Source of the DNA: Octopus vulgaris
Taxonomy: Eukaryota
Assembly: GCA_951406725.2 (NCBI GenBank)
Contig: OX597826.1
Coordinates: 78,306,001-78,370,000, forward strand
Length of the DNA: 64,000 nucleotides
Direction: 5' to 3'
The first letter of the stretch is position 1. Each line of letters opens with the position of its first letter. A program made the translations under genes and the position numbers. This document shows, in pieces, positions 14,358-27,780 of this stretch. Under the pieces are notes generated by a model. That model saw only the letters and a program-made list of their open reading frames with translations, had not been told where the DNA came from and made no database searches.

Positions 14358-14859
14358 ACTATATATATCTTTTTTTTAATATTTGCGCCATAATGTTAAT
14401 TTGGGTTTCAAAGTGCGGTGGATGATATTGCTTAGCAGAAATGTTCCCATATAAAAAACCCTTAACTCCGGGTTTGTCGAATCGATGCCCTTTTGAAGTC
14501 CAGTGTTCCTTTAAAAGCTATCTGGTTTGTGCAGATATACTTACATCGAAAACGAGTATCGTGCATTCATAAGAAATTGTTGATAGTACTTTTCAAAAAA
14601 AGAAAAGAGAAAATGTTACAAGTTCTTTGATCTGACATATTCTTATAATTGAGACAAAGACAGAGGCAGAGAAGGAGAGGGGGAGGAGAGGCATTAACAA
14701 CGTTTTAAGGTGAAAAGCATCAATCTAAGTGTGATTTTATTTAATGGAAACTAAAGTTTAGTTGTTGTTGTTGTTGAATTAACTGAAAGAAAAGAGACAA
14801 CTGAAGCAGGAGCAATCATTGTATTTACTAAACATTGTTGGGTATAGGATTCCCAGCGA

Positions 14860-15085
14860 AGAGCCTCGATCGTTCGGGCTGAGGATGTAGAGAAGAACTT
14901 TCTGTTTTGCTTCCTAAGTAACAAATGGATGTTTAGGGGAGATATTTGTCATCGGTTGAATTCTGTTTCAGTCTCTCCACCACGGTAACCGCATCCAGAT
15001 AGGAATGGACTCCTTTGATGCCATTGTTGGTAAATATTACTTCCCATAAATCTTTGCAAAGCATTGGCAGCATTAATCACACCAA
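14860..15085 (-). mobile_element. Gypsy-like LTR-retrotransposon RT relic
   Basis: Frameshifted translation GVINAANALQRFMG...NNGIKGVHSYLDAVTV resembles RT motifs FG..NA...FQR.M and YLDD. Confidence 0.45.
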
Positions 15086-15796
15086 GGAACAACTAATAAC
15101 TGGAATAACCGTCCATCAACTTCATTATGGAGTATAATCTGATGTTATGCCGGTGGTCACATCCAGTGGCTGTAGAATTTATTACAGCAAGTAGAGCGTT
15201 TTATATCTTCAATATGAAGAATTGGCTAAGCATCCACAAGCGGCAGCAGTAATTTATAGTCGTGAGTCTCCGATAACAAGGCGTTGCTTGCTACTGTTGC
15301 TTGTGTTCGTCGTAGAGACACGGGCGGCTGAATAAAACTGTCATCAAGAAACCGATTATTCTCTTTCTTAATAAACATTTTATCAAGTGGAGAAAAGAAG
15401 CGAGATTTTAGTAGTATTTAGTTTCAGTTCAGTTTATTGGTGGGACATAATACTGAGATGGAATCACCAATAATAGGAACAATACAAGCAATGTTAAGAG
15501 GCTTTTAATGTAGCTCTGAGTATAAATATAAGAGAGTTGTATTGTTTCAGAGAGTCACGTCGCAAATTTATTGAGGAATGAAAGTTGAACCAAACATTTA
15601 AGCACTTTTTCCAGCAAATAAATGAATGAATGCGGAGAGGACGGTGGCTGAATTGCGTGCAGGAACATCGTGATGATTTGGTGCAAACTGCGGCGTAGAA
15701 ATCTCCACAGACTACTTAATGATTACATAATGAATATTTAGATTGCGCTTCGAACCTTTAGACCTGTTCCGTCTAATTAATATGGTGTTTATTACT

Positions 15797-16012
15797 AAGG
15801 CATCGATCTGAAAGAATCGTTAGCACCTCGGGGGAAATACTTAGCGGCAATTTGTTCGTTTTCACGTTCTGAGTTCAAATTCCGCTGGGGTTGACTTTAC
15901 TTTACATCCAATCGGGGGTCGATAAAATAAGTACCTGGTGAGTATTAGGTTCGATGTAATCGACTTACCTTCCCCCCTTGGAATGTCTGGCCTTGTGCCA
16001 AAATTTGAAATC
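15797..16012 (+). mobile_element. SINE family B (B1 tail)
   Basis: Homologous to 1321-1532. Confidence 0.85.
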
Positions 16013-16132
16013 AATATGGTATTCATTATTGAAATAATGTACAACGTGACTCAAAGTAATACAAATGATAGTTCAAATAATGCAAAAACAACAATTCCTA
16101 ATTTTGTGTCTTGGGAAGGTTATTGTACCAAT

Positions 16133-16168
<36 letters not shown>

Positions 16169-16208
16169 AATAATAATAATAATAATGACGATGATGATGA
16201 TGATGATG

Positions 16209-16269
<61 letters not shown>

Positions 16270-16270
<1 letters not shown>

Positions 16271-16420
16271 TGCACTACTAGGCACTGCACACATCCTACG
16301 CAGAACACTTTCCATACAATAACCATCAGAGCATCACAACAAATCACAGCACATACCCAAGGCACACAGAGCTGCGCTCGGTAGTGAAGTGAAAGCACGC
16401 TATAAAAATAAAACTACTGA
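16270..16420 (+). mobile_element. R4/Dong-type LINE, extreme 3' end (third family) within (AAT)n
   Basis: ALLGTAHILRRTLSIQ* matches the C-termini IVLMGTAHILRKILSM* and IVLTGTSHVLRRALSM* of the longer RLE LINEs in this window. Short 3' UTR, then (AAT)n. Confidence 0.8.
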
Positions 16421-16446
16421 ATAATAATAATAATAATAATAATAAC

Positions 16447-16983
16447 ATGCCCTGGTGCAGTACCAGACAGTGGCTCTCATGGCTTCTGATCTTAACTGAT
16501 TGGAAGTGTTATCATGTACATTGTTTTGTCTTGGTATAAAATATGGGCTACAGCAAATAGTCTGCTCAGTACCACAGATTTGCTTGTCAGTTGTTTGACC
16601 TTAACCAGTTGAGCATGTCCCTCAGTGGCTGACGATATATGCATCTCTGATCACGAGCAGAAGTAGTGGGGGAGGGCATCATAGCCATGTTTTAAAAGGA
16701 ATTCTTAGAGGTACGATAATTCACCTTTGGAAACATCCTTAAACAATCCTTATTCACGGACCTTTTGAGCGGGATGGGCTACTCGACAAGAAGAAAATTC
16801 TAACTGAGCCCCACCTACAAGGTCATGCGCTGTTTATCTTGACATAAAATCACCATGTCGCGCACATATGGTTGTGATGCATGTGCCTGGTGTGCCCTTA
16901 GCAGATGGGTAGTCATGATGGGTATACTGGGATTCGTATTTTAGCCCAGTGTCACTTTGATGACATGCACTGCTCTCTCACTC
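16447..16983 (+). mobile_element. Element E (non-coding ~540 bp interspersed repeat) flanked by (AAT)n
   Basis: Homologous copies at 878-971, 33157-33392 and 34591-35147. No TIR and no ORF seen. Confidence 0.85.
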
Positions 16984-16987
16984 AATC

Positions 16988-17084
<97 letters not shown>

Positions 17085-17994
17085 TGATGATGATGATGAT
17101 AAATACGCACAGGTTCGTCAAGGTCTGTCTTGAGTTCGTCATATTAAATAAATGATTGATTAGTTAGTTGATTAGCTAAGTGAAATTGAACCAGTGTTAT
17201 AATTACTGGCGTAATGACCCTCCCAAGATACAAGGTTTGTTTCAACACACGAATTCACATCAAGAATTTTGCAAGCCAAATACAAAACCGAAGCATTTCC
17301 TACGTTCGGTTCGAAAGGCAGCCAATGGCGGATTTACATTAGTCAGCAAAGCGTAGACTTTCTTAAACTGGCCAAATTTCTGGGAGAAAAATTGCTCACT
17401 TGGATACTAAGCGGTTATTCGGACTGTCACATGATTAAAGTCGGTTATTTTTCTATAGTTATATTGAGGAAGAACCTGCTTTGGAGAAATTGTAGGGTTC
17501 TTGCAGCTGAGAAGGCTTCTCATAATGAAACTAAGTTGGCAACACGTACTAATGCGAAGAATGCGTAACAGAAAGGTGCTTGACTTGTAAATTATAAGCT
17601 GCGAAATTGCTAATAGAATAAGCAGCATAACTGCAATAATTGCCGAAATGGTAATGAGTCTGCGAGGCTTTTCGATATGGCTGCCATTAAAAGTGGCTAT
17701 CGCTAATCAATGGGAAGCATGCCTGATAGGAAATTCAATATTCTACAGGTCTTGCGAGAGGAGCGAAAGTTTGGACTGAAGGGTATAATAAGTGTAGAGA
17801 GAAACCAGAATTGCCTTGCTAGGGTTCCCAGGAGAAACACCAAACATAGAATCGATTCTTTTATTATGGCTATCAAATCAGAATATTTTTGGATTAGGCC
17901 GTCCCAGAATGGATTAATTTAATTCCTTATGTACAGAAACGCATCTGCTGTTCCCGGTTCTAATCTTGGAACAAGTAGTTCAACTCAAGAAACT

Positions 17995-18200
17995 GATTTC
18001 TTATCATGACACAATGCCAGCAATTTCGGGGAAGAGGCTAAGACTATTAAATGGACTTCCAGTGCCCAACTGGTTCTTAATTTACTGACCTCGAAAAGAC
18101 GAAAGGTTAAGTCGACCTCGGTGGAATTTGAACCCAGAACGTGATGACGGACGAAATGCCGCAACGCATTTTGCCCGTCGCAGGAATGGTTCTGTCTACT
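17995..18200 (-). mobile_element. SINE family B
   Basis: Reverse-complement match to B. Confidence 0.75.
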
Positions 18201-18664
18201 CACTGCGCAAAAGTCAATTGGTACAGAGTTGCCAGACCAACTTGGAAAGAATACTGCAGGATTGGAAGAGACACGTACTTAAAACATCACCAATGAAACT
18301 GGAGACATTAGCTGAGTCGAGTGAAGCATTATTATGATCGTTAGTTTCATACATTATTATGATTGTTAGCCTTATACAACTTTTAAAGGTTATTTCCTTC
18401 TTGTTCCTGTTATTGTAGCAAGAATTAGAGACGCTGACACCGAAATTTTCTTTAACCGACCTCCGTAAAAAATATTCTACTTATTGGGTCTGTAGCAAGT
18501 TTTGGTCTTCGCTGAACGAAAAGCATCTCCACGTATAGAATAATGGTAGCAACAAGTTCATTAATAAGGAAGTTAGAATCGATGTTGTTGATTCAGATAG
18601 GAATTTCTGTGTGATTTCATGCTTCAAATCCAGCGAAGAACTTTTGTAGAATGTGGAACGGGGC

Positions 18665-18830
18665 TAATAGATTATGTCGGCGCGAGTGCTCGACTAGTAC
18701 TTATATTATCGACCCAAAAGGGATGAAAGACAAAATCAGTCTTGGCGAAATTTGAACTGGGAACGCAAAGGCGGAAGAAATGTCACAAAGCATTTTCTCG
18801 ATGTGCTAACGATTGTGCCAGGGCTCTACC
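18665..18830 (-). mobile_element. SINE family B, diverged
   Basis: Reverse-complement match to the B head and centre. Confidence 0.7.
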
Positions 18831-19790
18831 TTATGAGATCCCAGAACTGATAAACCTTTAAGTCCCCTTTATATGCATCATGTGTAACAGCTGGAAACTT
18901 AGAACGTCTGGTGAGACCGTGCTGAATTGCGATTGAAAATTCATTGTCTGCACCTGGTTGCTGTTGAGGGGACCTAAATTGGAATTGTGAAACATTAATT
19001 CTGATGTTGGATGAGAATGCGTTTGAGGGTAATCGTTCTTGTATTGTGGTCGATGTAAAGAAAACTCAACGGAGAGTGACTATGGCATTATGGTAGCCAA
19101 TGAGATCTTCAAATGGTTGAATTTTGAATCTGAGATAAAGATGAAGTGAACAATCTGCCAAAGAACCATCAAATAGATAAGGCCGAAGACGTAATCTATC
19201 GATATTATTTTTGTGTGGAAAGATATATCTAGAAAAATACATCCCAATGTAATTTTTTGGGGATGAACTTGTGAAAACAAAACTATTTTCTTTTTCTTTT
19301 TCCTTTTTTTTACCAGTCTCTATAAGACTTGCGAAATACACTAGCAAAATCTAGGGTCTCTGTAAAAGTGCTGCTCTGCAGAGACATATGACATTAAAAG
19401 GAACACCATCCTGATCTGCGGAGGAGAATAGAGAGGTGGAGTCGTACATTCCCTACCTACCTACATTAAATGCTGTAGGCGCGTTTCTGCCTTTCTTCCT
19501 TCTAATGTTCCTGATTTACTTGCCTTCCGCCTGTATACTTAGTGTATTGACGATGGAATAAACCAGGCTCAGAATTAGGAATCAGGAATCGCTCGCAGAT
19601 AATCAATAAAAGTTAAATCAGAAACAAAGCTTCAAGCTGTTCTTCGGATACAATGTCAAACTCCATTATTTTTATGTATTTTGTTACTTTGCAGCTTAAC
19701 CACACAACTTCACAGAACAACCAGAAATGACGTGGAGCATCAATTACTATACAACATTAGAAAAATAGGTATGTATCCATGTGTGTATAA

Positions 19791-19823
<33 letters not shown>

Positions 19824-19886
19824 CATGTACACACACACATATTTAAAATATACATAAATATACGCTCGTATATGTGTATGTGTATG

Positions 19887-19920
<34 letters not shown>

Positions 19921-19955
19921 AATATTAATATCAATATTAATATTCTTCCAAACTC

Positions 19956-19994
<39 letters not shown>

Positions 19995-20658
19995 GAGAGA
20001 GAGAGACAGAGACAGACGGACAGACAGACAGAGAGGGAGAGAGCGAAAGAGAGACAGAGAGAGAGAGAGAGAGAAATATACTAATGTTCATATATGCATA
20101 CATACACAAACATATATGTGTACATGTATGTGTGAATGTAAGCATTTATATACATAGACATGCGTGTATATGCAATCATGTATGTACACATGCATGCGTG
20201 TGTATGCATGCATGCATGTATCTATGTATCTATGTATTCACGTATGTACGCATGTGTGTATGGAACACGATATAGGAAAGAAAAAGAAGACATCTCTGTA
20301 ACGATTCGAGGTTTTCACTTCAATTTCTTTATTATTGTGTTGTTGTTGTTGTTTTTTTCCCCCAATTTTTTTTTTTTTGTTTTCCTCTGATTTTCGTTTT
20401 GTCAAACATATCTGGATATCTAATCGGACGTGTTATTGTGCGAGTTAACATAGAGGACATATTAAGATATGCTAAGACGATAAACGAGGCTACTTGATGT
20501 CGTTTAGAAAGGCTATTTAGATGTGTTTACCGTTTGAAGATGCATTGACGAGTGTTCTGTGAGCAGGTCATATATGGAAGCTGAAAGACTTTCATAGAAA
20601 ACATAAGGACAACAAAGATGTCTTGCACACATCTGTATAACACTTTGCATATATATAC

Positions 20659-20724
<66 letters not shown>

Positions 20725-21462
20725 ACATATATATTATATGTGGCTCTATGCATCAAATATCTGTTCGTATGTGCAAAGATAGCGTGCGCTATATACGCCT
20801 GTGTTATAAATAGGATTGTGTGCGTGTTTTTTGGGCGCGTGTGTGTGTGTGTGTGTGTGTGTGTTTGTGTGTATGTGTGTGTGTGTGTGCGCGCGCGTGC
20901 GTGTGTGTGTGTGTCTGTGTGTGCGTGTGTGTGTGTGCGCGGCAATGTTTTAATGGAAAGATATTTATCTCAGCTAAATTATTATAATAACACTTTAAAC
21001 GCGCATTTAAAATCTTTATTCGAAAACGTAAAGCAACGCCGACTGATGCATATAAATACAGGAAGACGCACACACACAAACACATATAAACACACACACA
21101 CACACACACAAACATGCAAACACACACACACACACATATGCAAAAACACACACACACACACACGCAAACACACACTGGCAGACAAACATGCAGAAAATAC
21201 TATTTTATGTATTCATGAATTTATGCTGGTATGAATATTTATGTGCATATGGGTATATATATATCCATGCATATATATGTGTGTGAGTGTCTGTATATAT
21301 GCATGATGTGATATGCATAATATATATACATATATATATATACACATACATACATATAATATACTTATGTATCTCTGTGTATATATTATGTGTAAGTGGA
21401 TTGTCTATGCGTGTGTATATATATACATGTGTATTTATATATATACGTATATATACACACAT

Positions 21463-21497
<35 letters not shown>

Positions 21498-22022
21498 CGT
21501 ATAGATATACGTGTAAATATATATACATAGAAACACATTTACAATAATATAACGTGTGTGAGTGCATACGCACATGGATTTAATTGTAGATATATTTTTA
21601 GATCCTACATGTGCGAGCGCATGTGTTTGTGAGTAAAGTGTAGATATATAATGAGAAAATTGTACACGCACTCGTATATATTATACATTCACACACACAC
21701 ACACACGCACACACACACAGGCACACACACATACACATGTTCAAACACACACATACATATATATATACATACTCGCATAACTTAACGGTTTACAAATTTG
21801 TGTATGTATTTATTGACTTGTGTAAGTTTGTATGGATGAGTGCATCTATCAATGTATGCGTATATATGTGGCTGTAACATTATGTAAATACACACACACA
21901 CACACAGACACACACATAAACATATATGCGCTCTTTCTAACACGCAGACAGTCACACACACACACAACATACACAACACACATATATACACACGTACATT
22001 TTAAAATTCATACCTGCATATA

Positions 22023-22071
<49 letters not shown>

Positions 22072-22213
22072 GTGTGTGTATAGACATACATGTATACATA
22101 CATACATTTATATATATATATATATGTAACACAAACATACACACAGCTCACTTATTTTCTTTTATTTTATATTTTAACTTGTCACTATTTTGGGGTACGT
22201 ATGCTTCGTGTGC

Positions 22214-22245
<32 letters not shown>

Positions 22246-23675
22246 AGTATTGTATGTGTGTGTGTGCGTTTGTGTGTGCATGCGTGTGTGTGTGTACGTG
22301 TGAGTGTGTGTGTTTTTTACATATACGTGCTAGTACATGTGGGATACATATGTATACACATTTTCTGAGTTTCCTTGTGTGTATCTGCGCGCGCAAGATG
22401 GCAGTCCGGCTTCCATTGTCGATGTCAAAGTGTAAGAACGTATATATTCGCGCACGATTGTGCGTACGTGTGTGCGTGTACGTGCGCTCGTGTGTGTGCG
22501 TGTGTGTAGCAATGGGCTTTCCCTCATGTATACGTTTACGTGTATACTTACTTGTGAGCAGTTTCCAACTGGTAGTTTGATTCCAACCGCGTGCAAGCCT
22601 ATGCGTGCACCAAGACGTACATGTACAATGCTGTCGACAAGCTTCTGCCACGGTCGCTGACCTTGCCAGCAGAGAAGCACAAAAACATCTCCAACAATAA
22701 ATTGACCATTCACCTTTTATTTGCTTCCTGTTTCACTCCATCTTTCCCTTCTCCTTCGTATCATCTTTTCCCCTCAGAAAAACACTCTCTCTCTCTTAAA
22801 TTCATTCCCTTTCTAAATAGCCAACCATTTGTTTTCTCTCCGATCGCTTCCTTCCTTTTTTTTTTATATTTATTTTATTTTGGCATCACCTAATTCTCTG
22901 TCATTTCTTGTGATTCTCTGCTGCTGCTGCAACCATTTTCCCATTCCCTGTAGCATCCACTGTATGCGCCGCGCATTCATGCGTTAAGTACGAAGGAAAG
23001 CCTTTCTCCTACCTCGAAGAATTCTCTTCGTCGCAATCTCTGGTTCCAACGTCATATTTCACTATTTTCCAAGAAATATATTCACTACTTATCCATGTAC
23101 TCTGCCGTTGGCTTTTCTGGATTCTATTTCTTAAAGATGTGTCTGGGGGATAACTGCCATTCCATCAGTTATGACGACGAGGGTTCTAGTTGATACGATT
23201 AACGGAACAGCATGCTCGCGAAAGCACCAATATGCATGTATGTGTGTGTGTAGGAGTGGTGCATAGATATATATGTATAAACATATAACATCAGCGATCA
23301 GCGGGTTTTTTCAGTTCTTAAACGTCTTTGACTGACACTTGTTTCGTTGCCCTCCACACTTCTTATCAGAACAGTCGTGGCGTATTGTATACAATTGTAG
23401 ACATCGTCCTGGGACGTTCAGCCTTTCTGACACAACAGCGTTTTTTATCCTGTCTTTCAAGCTTATTCCGCCTTATCGACGAAATATCTACCCTTCAAAG
23501 CATGCATTTTCTTCTCTATTGTCCTATACAAGTTTCTGTCCGTAGAGAGCAACTGGGATAATATATTACTTTACTAGCCTCAATTTTAGACGTAGCGATA
23601 TGTGATCTCTCGAGCACCACCAGCAAAAATATTTTTTTCCTCTGTCTTCCCTTCTCGGGATCTTTCCTTCTCCTT

Positions 23676-23710
23676 GTTTCCGACGAAGAGCTCCGCTCGA
23701 AACGTTAAAC
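23676..23710 (+). ncRNA. Minimal hammerhead ribozyme motif in a probable Penelope pLTR fragment (~23590-23820)
   Basis: GTTT-CCGACGA-A-GAGC(TCC)GCTC-GAAA-CG-TT-AAAC: stem I GTTT/AAAC, stem II GAGC/GCTC, palindromic AACGTT. Core carries U4>C. Fragment abuts (TA)n. Confidence 0.6.
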
Positions 23711-23860
23711 CACCCTTCCCTTCTTTCCTGAGCGTCAAATAATACTTTAATTGTTCCACGTCCTCGCGTTGCTGTGTTTTTTTCTGTGTTTTTTTCTGTG
23801 TTTTCTTGTTTGGATTAACTATATATATATATATATATATATTTGCATACATATATATAT

Positions 23861-23938
<78 letters not shown>

Positions 23939-23958
23939 TATTTATATATATATATATA

Positions 23959-24794
23959 CTCATGGTCTGATCAATAAGTGTCCGGACTGTTGTCATAACA
24001 ACGAAGCTAAAGCAGGCTGAGTAAAGCCGCTTGGCAAAGATTGACCTTGCACTCTGCTGTGCGTGCGCACTAAATTTTAACGTTCTAGCTCACTTCCGCT
24101 CTTAACCACAGAAGATGTGTAGAGTGTGATCGTCGCATTGACCATTTCAGAGAAAGCTTAACAGAGAAACTGTAGAAAGTGTATGGAGAGGAGTGTATGA
24201 GGCGAAAAAATATCGATAGTGACGAACGTTATAAGAGACCCACAACCAGCAGAACTGACTAAAACATCGCAGATGTGCGTGCAGTTGTGAGGGGAAATCG
24301 GCGAATCACCACCGTGAGTTATCAGAGGATGTGCAGAGTCGTTGCAGTTCAGTTTAATCAATTATCACTGAAGATTTGGGCATGAGACTCATGTCTGTCA
24401 ACTTTGTGCCAAAACCGCTTCCAGCTGACAAAGCACCTGCCCATTCAGCGCAGCTTTTGCAGCAGTTTTGAGCTAGGCACATCATTTCCACACCCCCGGC
24501 AGCCACTGTACTCCCCGAGATCTCGCCCTTTCCGAATTTTTCCTCTTACCAAAAATCAAATCCCGCTTGAAAGGAAGAAGATTTCAGGTTGTCGAAGAAA
24601 TCAAAGTGAATACGACGGGAAGCTGCTGATTATACCAGAAAACGAGTTCCAAAAATGCTTCCATCCATGAAAACAGCGCTGGATTAAGTGTGAGGCTTCC
24701 GAAGGGGACTACTTTGAAGGAGATTAAATGCCAAATTGGTACGTGTTGTACTGTTTTGTTTTAAATAGTTCGGATACTTATTGATCACACCTTG
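23959..24794 (+). mobile_element. Internally deleted mariner with both TIRs, inserted in (TA)n
   Basis: TIRs ...GGTCTGATCAATAAGTGTCCGGACT / AGTTCGGATACTTATTGATCACACC..., TA on both sides. Decayed FVPK, frameshifted YSPDLAP (TACTCCCCGAGATCTCGCCC) and C-terminal KQRWIKCEASEGDYFEGD*. Confidence 0.85.
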
Positions 24795-25016
24795 TATATG
24801 TATGTATATATGTATATATATATATGTATGTATATATATAAATTAGAAAAAAAACACCTTTTATCAATTCATTAATGAAAAATTAAATTATACCATTTAG
24901 AAAAATTACATCTTATAGAAATATTAAATATAAGATAAAACATATAACAATGATTAAGTAATATGCAAAATTATAAATAAAACGTATATATTTGATATAT
25001 ATATATATATATATAT

Positions 25017-25079
<63 letters not shown>

Positions 25080-25089
25080 TATATATATA

Positions 25090-25920
25090 TATATATATAT
25101 AAAACTGAGAATGTGTGTCTGTCCGTCTGTCTGTGTGTTTCCCTAAAACTTGAGAACTACACAACCAATTTCATTCAAATTTTACACATGCCTTACTTAA
25201 GGTCCGGAGAGTGTCATCGGCAAAAGAAATGTTAACTTTTTCCCTAGGGTGACCCCACAGCAATATCATATTTTCTCCACTATTTCAGTATTGCGTGTTA
25301 AAAGTGAAACAAAAACATTTCTCTATTGTAAAGCAGACACGTTCATTTTAATACTGAAACTATTAAAATGAAAGTATTATATAACAGGGATGAACCATTA
25401 ATAGTGGTCATCCTTTTTGCCAGAAGAAGATCCGCTATGGTCTTATATGCTACACCACTGGTTTTCAATTCATATTAATCAAATTAATATTCAATTTTTC
25501 ACCCTTATTATGTGTGTATGTGTATTAGCAATTCGTATAAAATTGCATCAATGACTTGAACTTGAATAAGTGGTTTCACATAAATGGGGATACATTAAAA
25601 AGGTTTGTTATTATTACTGTTTGATTATTGTAATCACGTTTGTTGGCTCCTCGTCAGGGAAACGTTGTTGTGTTGCATTTGTTAAATAATTGTAAACCGT
25701 AACCCTCCCCTTTCGGAGAAGGGGCTTTGGTTATTGTTTAAAAATTGAATTGTGTCCCTGTTTGGAAAAATTTGACAATATTTTCACCGTCTTTACGGAA
25801 GCATTTTTGTTAAAATGTTTCGATAGAAGAAAGTCCAAAATCAATTTCGCTGCAGCCGTACACTTCCATACAAGAGGGAGGACAAGATCCAATTGATCGA
25901 AATTGCAAGAGACGGGCCTA
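25090..25920 (+). mobile_element. Probable Helitron 5' region
   Basis: TATATATAAAACTGAGAATGTGTGTCTGTCCGTCTGTCTG resembles common animal Helitron 5' termini, and it lies upstream of the Rep fragment in the same orientation. Confidence 0.5.
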
Positions 25921-26116
25921 CAATTCCAGTCTGTTATATATTTTGAGTATTGTTATCACTAGCGATATCAAGATATAACTTTGTATTTTGTATTTTATGT
26001 GTAGATGTATATATATAGATGTACATGTAATATGTACACATATATATACACATATATACATGCATAATATATCTACCCATACACACATATGCACACACAC
26101 ACACACACACATACGT

Positions 26117-26250
26117 AGGGGCAGGTGTGGCTGTGTGGTAACAAACTACATTCCAAACACATGGTCCTGGGTTCAGTCCCACTGTGGTGACTTGGTATGT
26201 GTCTTCTGCTGTAGCCTCAGACCAACAAAAGCCTTCTCAGTGGATTTTGT
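26117..26250 (+). mobile_element. SINE family A, 5' fragment
   Basis: GGCAGGTGTGGCTGTGTGGTAAC...GGGTTCAGTCCCACTG. Confidence 0.7.
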
Positions 26251-26364
26251 ACATATATACAGGCATACATATATATACATGCATACGTACATATTCGGCA
26301 TAAACATTCTACCACTACAACTAATAACTGTTGGGAACACTTTCAAATCTGCCCTACATTCGAA

Positions 26365-27157
26365 CCGGAATCTCAACGCCCGAGTTTTCCATCTGAAGTT
26401 AATCTCTTTCATGGAGCTCATGCAAAAAGGGCAAGTCTTTGGGCCCATACAATGTGACATGTACACAATCGAGTGGCAAAAAAGGTGCCTTCCACATGCT
26501 CATATCCTGCTTTGGCTCTCAGCGAAGATCAATTCCAATGACATCGACAAGATAATCTCTGCAGAGCTTCCTGATCTAGCTTTAGATAAAGAACTATACG
26601 AAATAGTTAAAGCAAACATGGTACATGGTCCATATGGGCGTGGATTCAACATAAACACACCATGCTTGAAGGACAGCATATGTTCAAAAAGATTTCCAAG
26701 GAGGTTCCTACAAGAAACTCAGACAGGTGCTGATGGGTATCCATCATACAGACGCAGAAAACCAGAAGACGGAGGTTTCACAGCAGCTATCGGACAGCAC
26801 GATATCGATAATAGATGGATTGTTCCATACTGCCCACTCCTGTCAAAGACTTTCAATGCCCACATCAACGTTGAGTTTTGCAACTCCGTTAAATCCATCA
26901 AGTACGTTTGCAAATATGTAAACAAGGGTTCTGACACTGCAATGTTTGGACTTCAACAAAAATACTGCCAGGATGAGGTGACGCATTATCAGGTGGGACG
27001 GTACATAAGTAGCAACGAGGCTTTCTGGCGCATCTTTGGCTTTCCAATTCACCAACGACACCCCTCCATTCAACAGCTTGCAGTGCACCTGGAAAATGGT
27101 CAAAGAGTGTACTTCACCGATGCTGATGCTTCTCTGTTTGCAGAGGAACCAAGGGAT
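26365..27157 (+). mobile_element. Helitron RepHel, Rep (HUH endonuclease) domain fragment
   Basis: Open frame with ARVFHLKL, YTIEWQKRCLPHAHILLW (HUH motif 2), GYPSYRRR, DNRWIVPY, HINVEFCNSVKSIKYVCKYVNKG (two-Tyr motif 3), RYISSNEAFWRIF and LAVHLENGQRVYF. Confidence 0.95.
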
Positions 27158-27275
27158 AGGTAGATAAATAGATAGATAAATAGCTAGATAGCTCGATCGA
27201 TAGATAGATAGACAGATAGAAAGGCGGACAAAGAGAAAGATAGATAGACAGACAGACAGATAGACAGGCAGACAC

Positions 27276-27352
<77 letters not shown>

Positions 27353-27373
27353 CAGATGGACAGACAGATAGAC

Positions 27374-27446
<73 letters not shown>
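27155..27446. repeat. (GATA)n/(GACA)n array
   Basis: Directly visible; abuts the 3' end of LINE F. Confidence 0.95.
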
Positions 27447-27447
<1 letters not shown>

Positions 27448-27448
<1 letters not shown>

Positions 27449-27780
27449 TTCTTTATTAGCCACACAGGGCTAAACACTGAGGGGACAATTACAATGTAGA
27501 GCTTTTCTTTTCGAGGGGGGCGAAAAGAAGGGGGGGTGACAACGATCAAAATGGATCGAAATCGTTGGGAATATAAGCAAAAAATGTCGAAACTACAAAA
27601 AGTTCTCAAGAAATGGGGAGGTGTGTCTCTGGAAAGAAAAACCTACGAAAAGACCACAGTAACCTCGGGCAATTACGTCACATATTAATTTATATTTACG
27701 AATAAGTAACTCTCTGTGTTTAATTTTTTTACGGTTCATAGGATCATGTTCAAGGTGGCTTCGTCATTCATGCGTACCAA
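27448..27780 (-). mobile_element. LINE F 3' end (ORF terminus + 3' UTR), probably L1/Tx1 group
   Basis: ORF end RMNDEATLNMIL* (stop at 27736-27738). UTR ends CCCTGTGTGGCTAATAAAGAAA, then (TATC)n. Second copy at 63611-64000. Clade assignment is inference. Confidence 0.6.

Noticed and set aside
17250-19560. Possible ancient LINE ORF1/endonuclease relics (also 7200-7750, 33690-33990, 47560-47900)
   Set aside because: Only faint motif resemblance; too decayed to call without a profile search.
25988-26364. N-terminal part of the 391-aa ORF
   Set aside because: Chance read-through across microsatellite and a SINE A fragment; only 26365-27157 is Helitron Rep.
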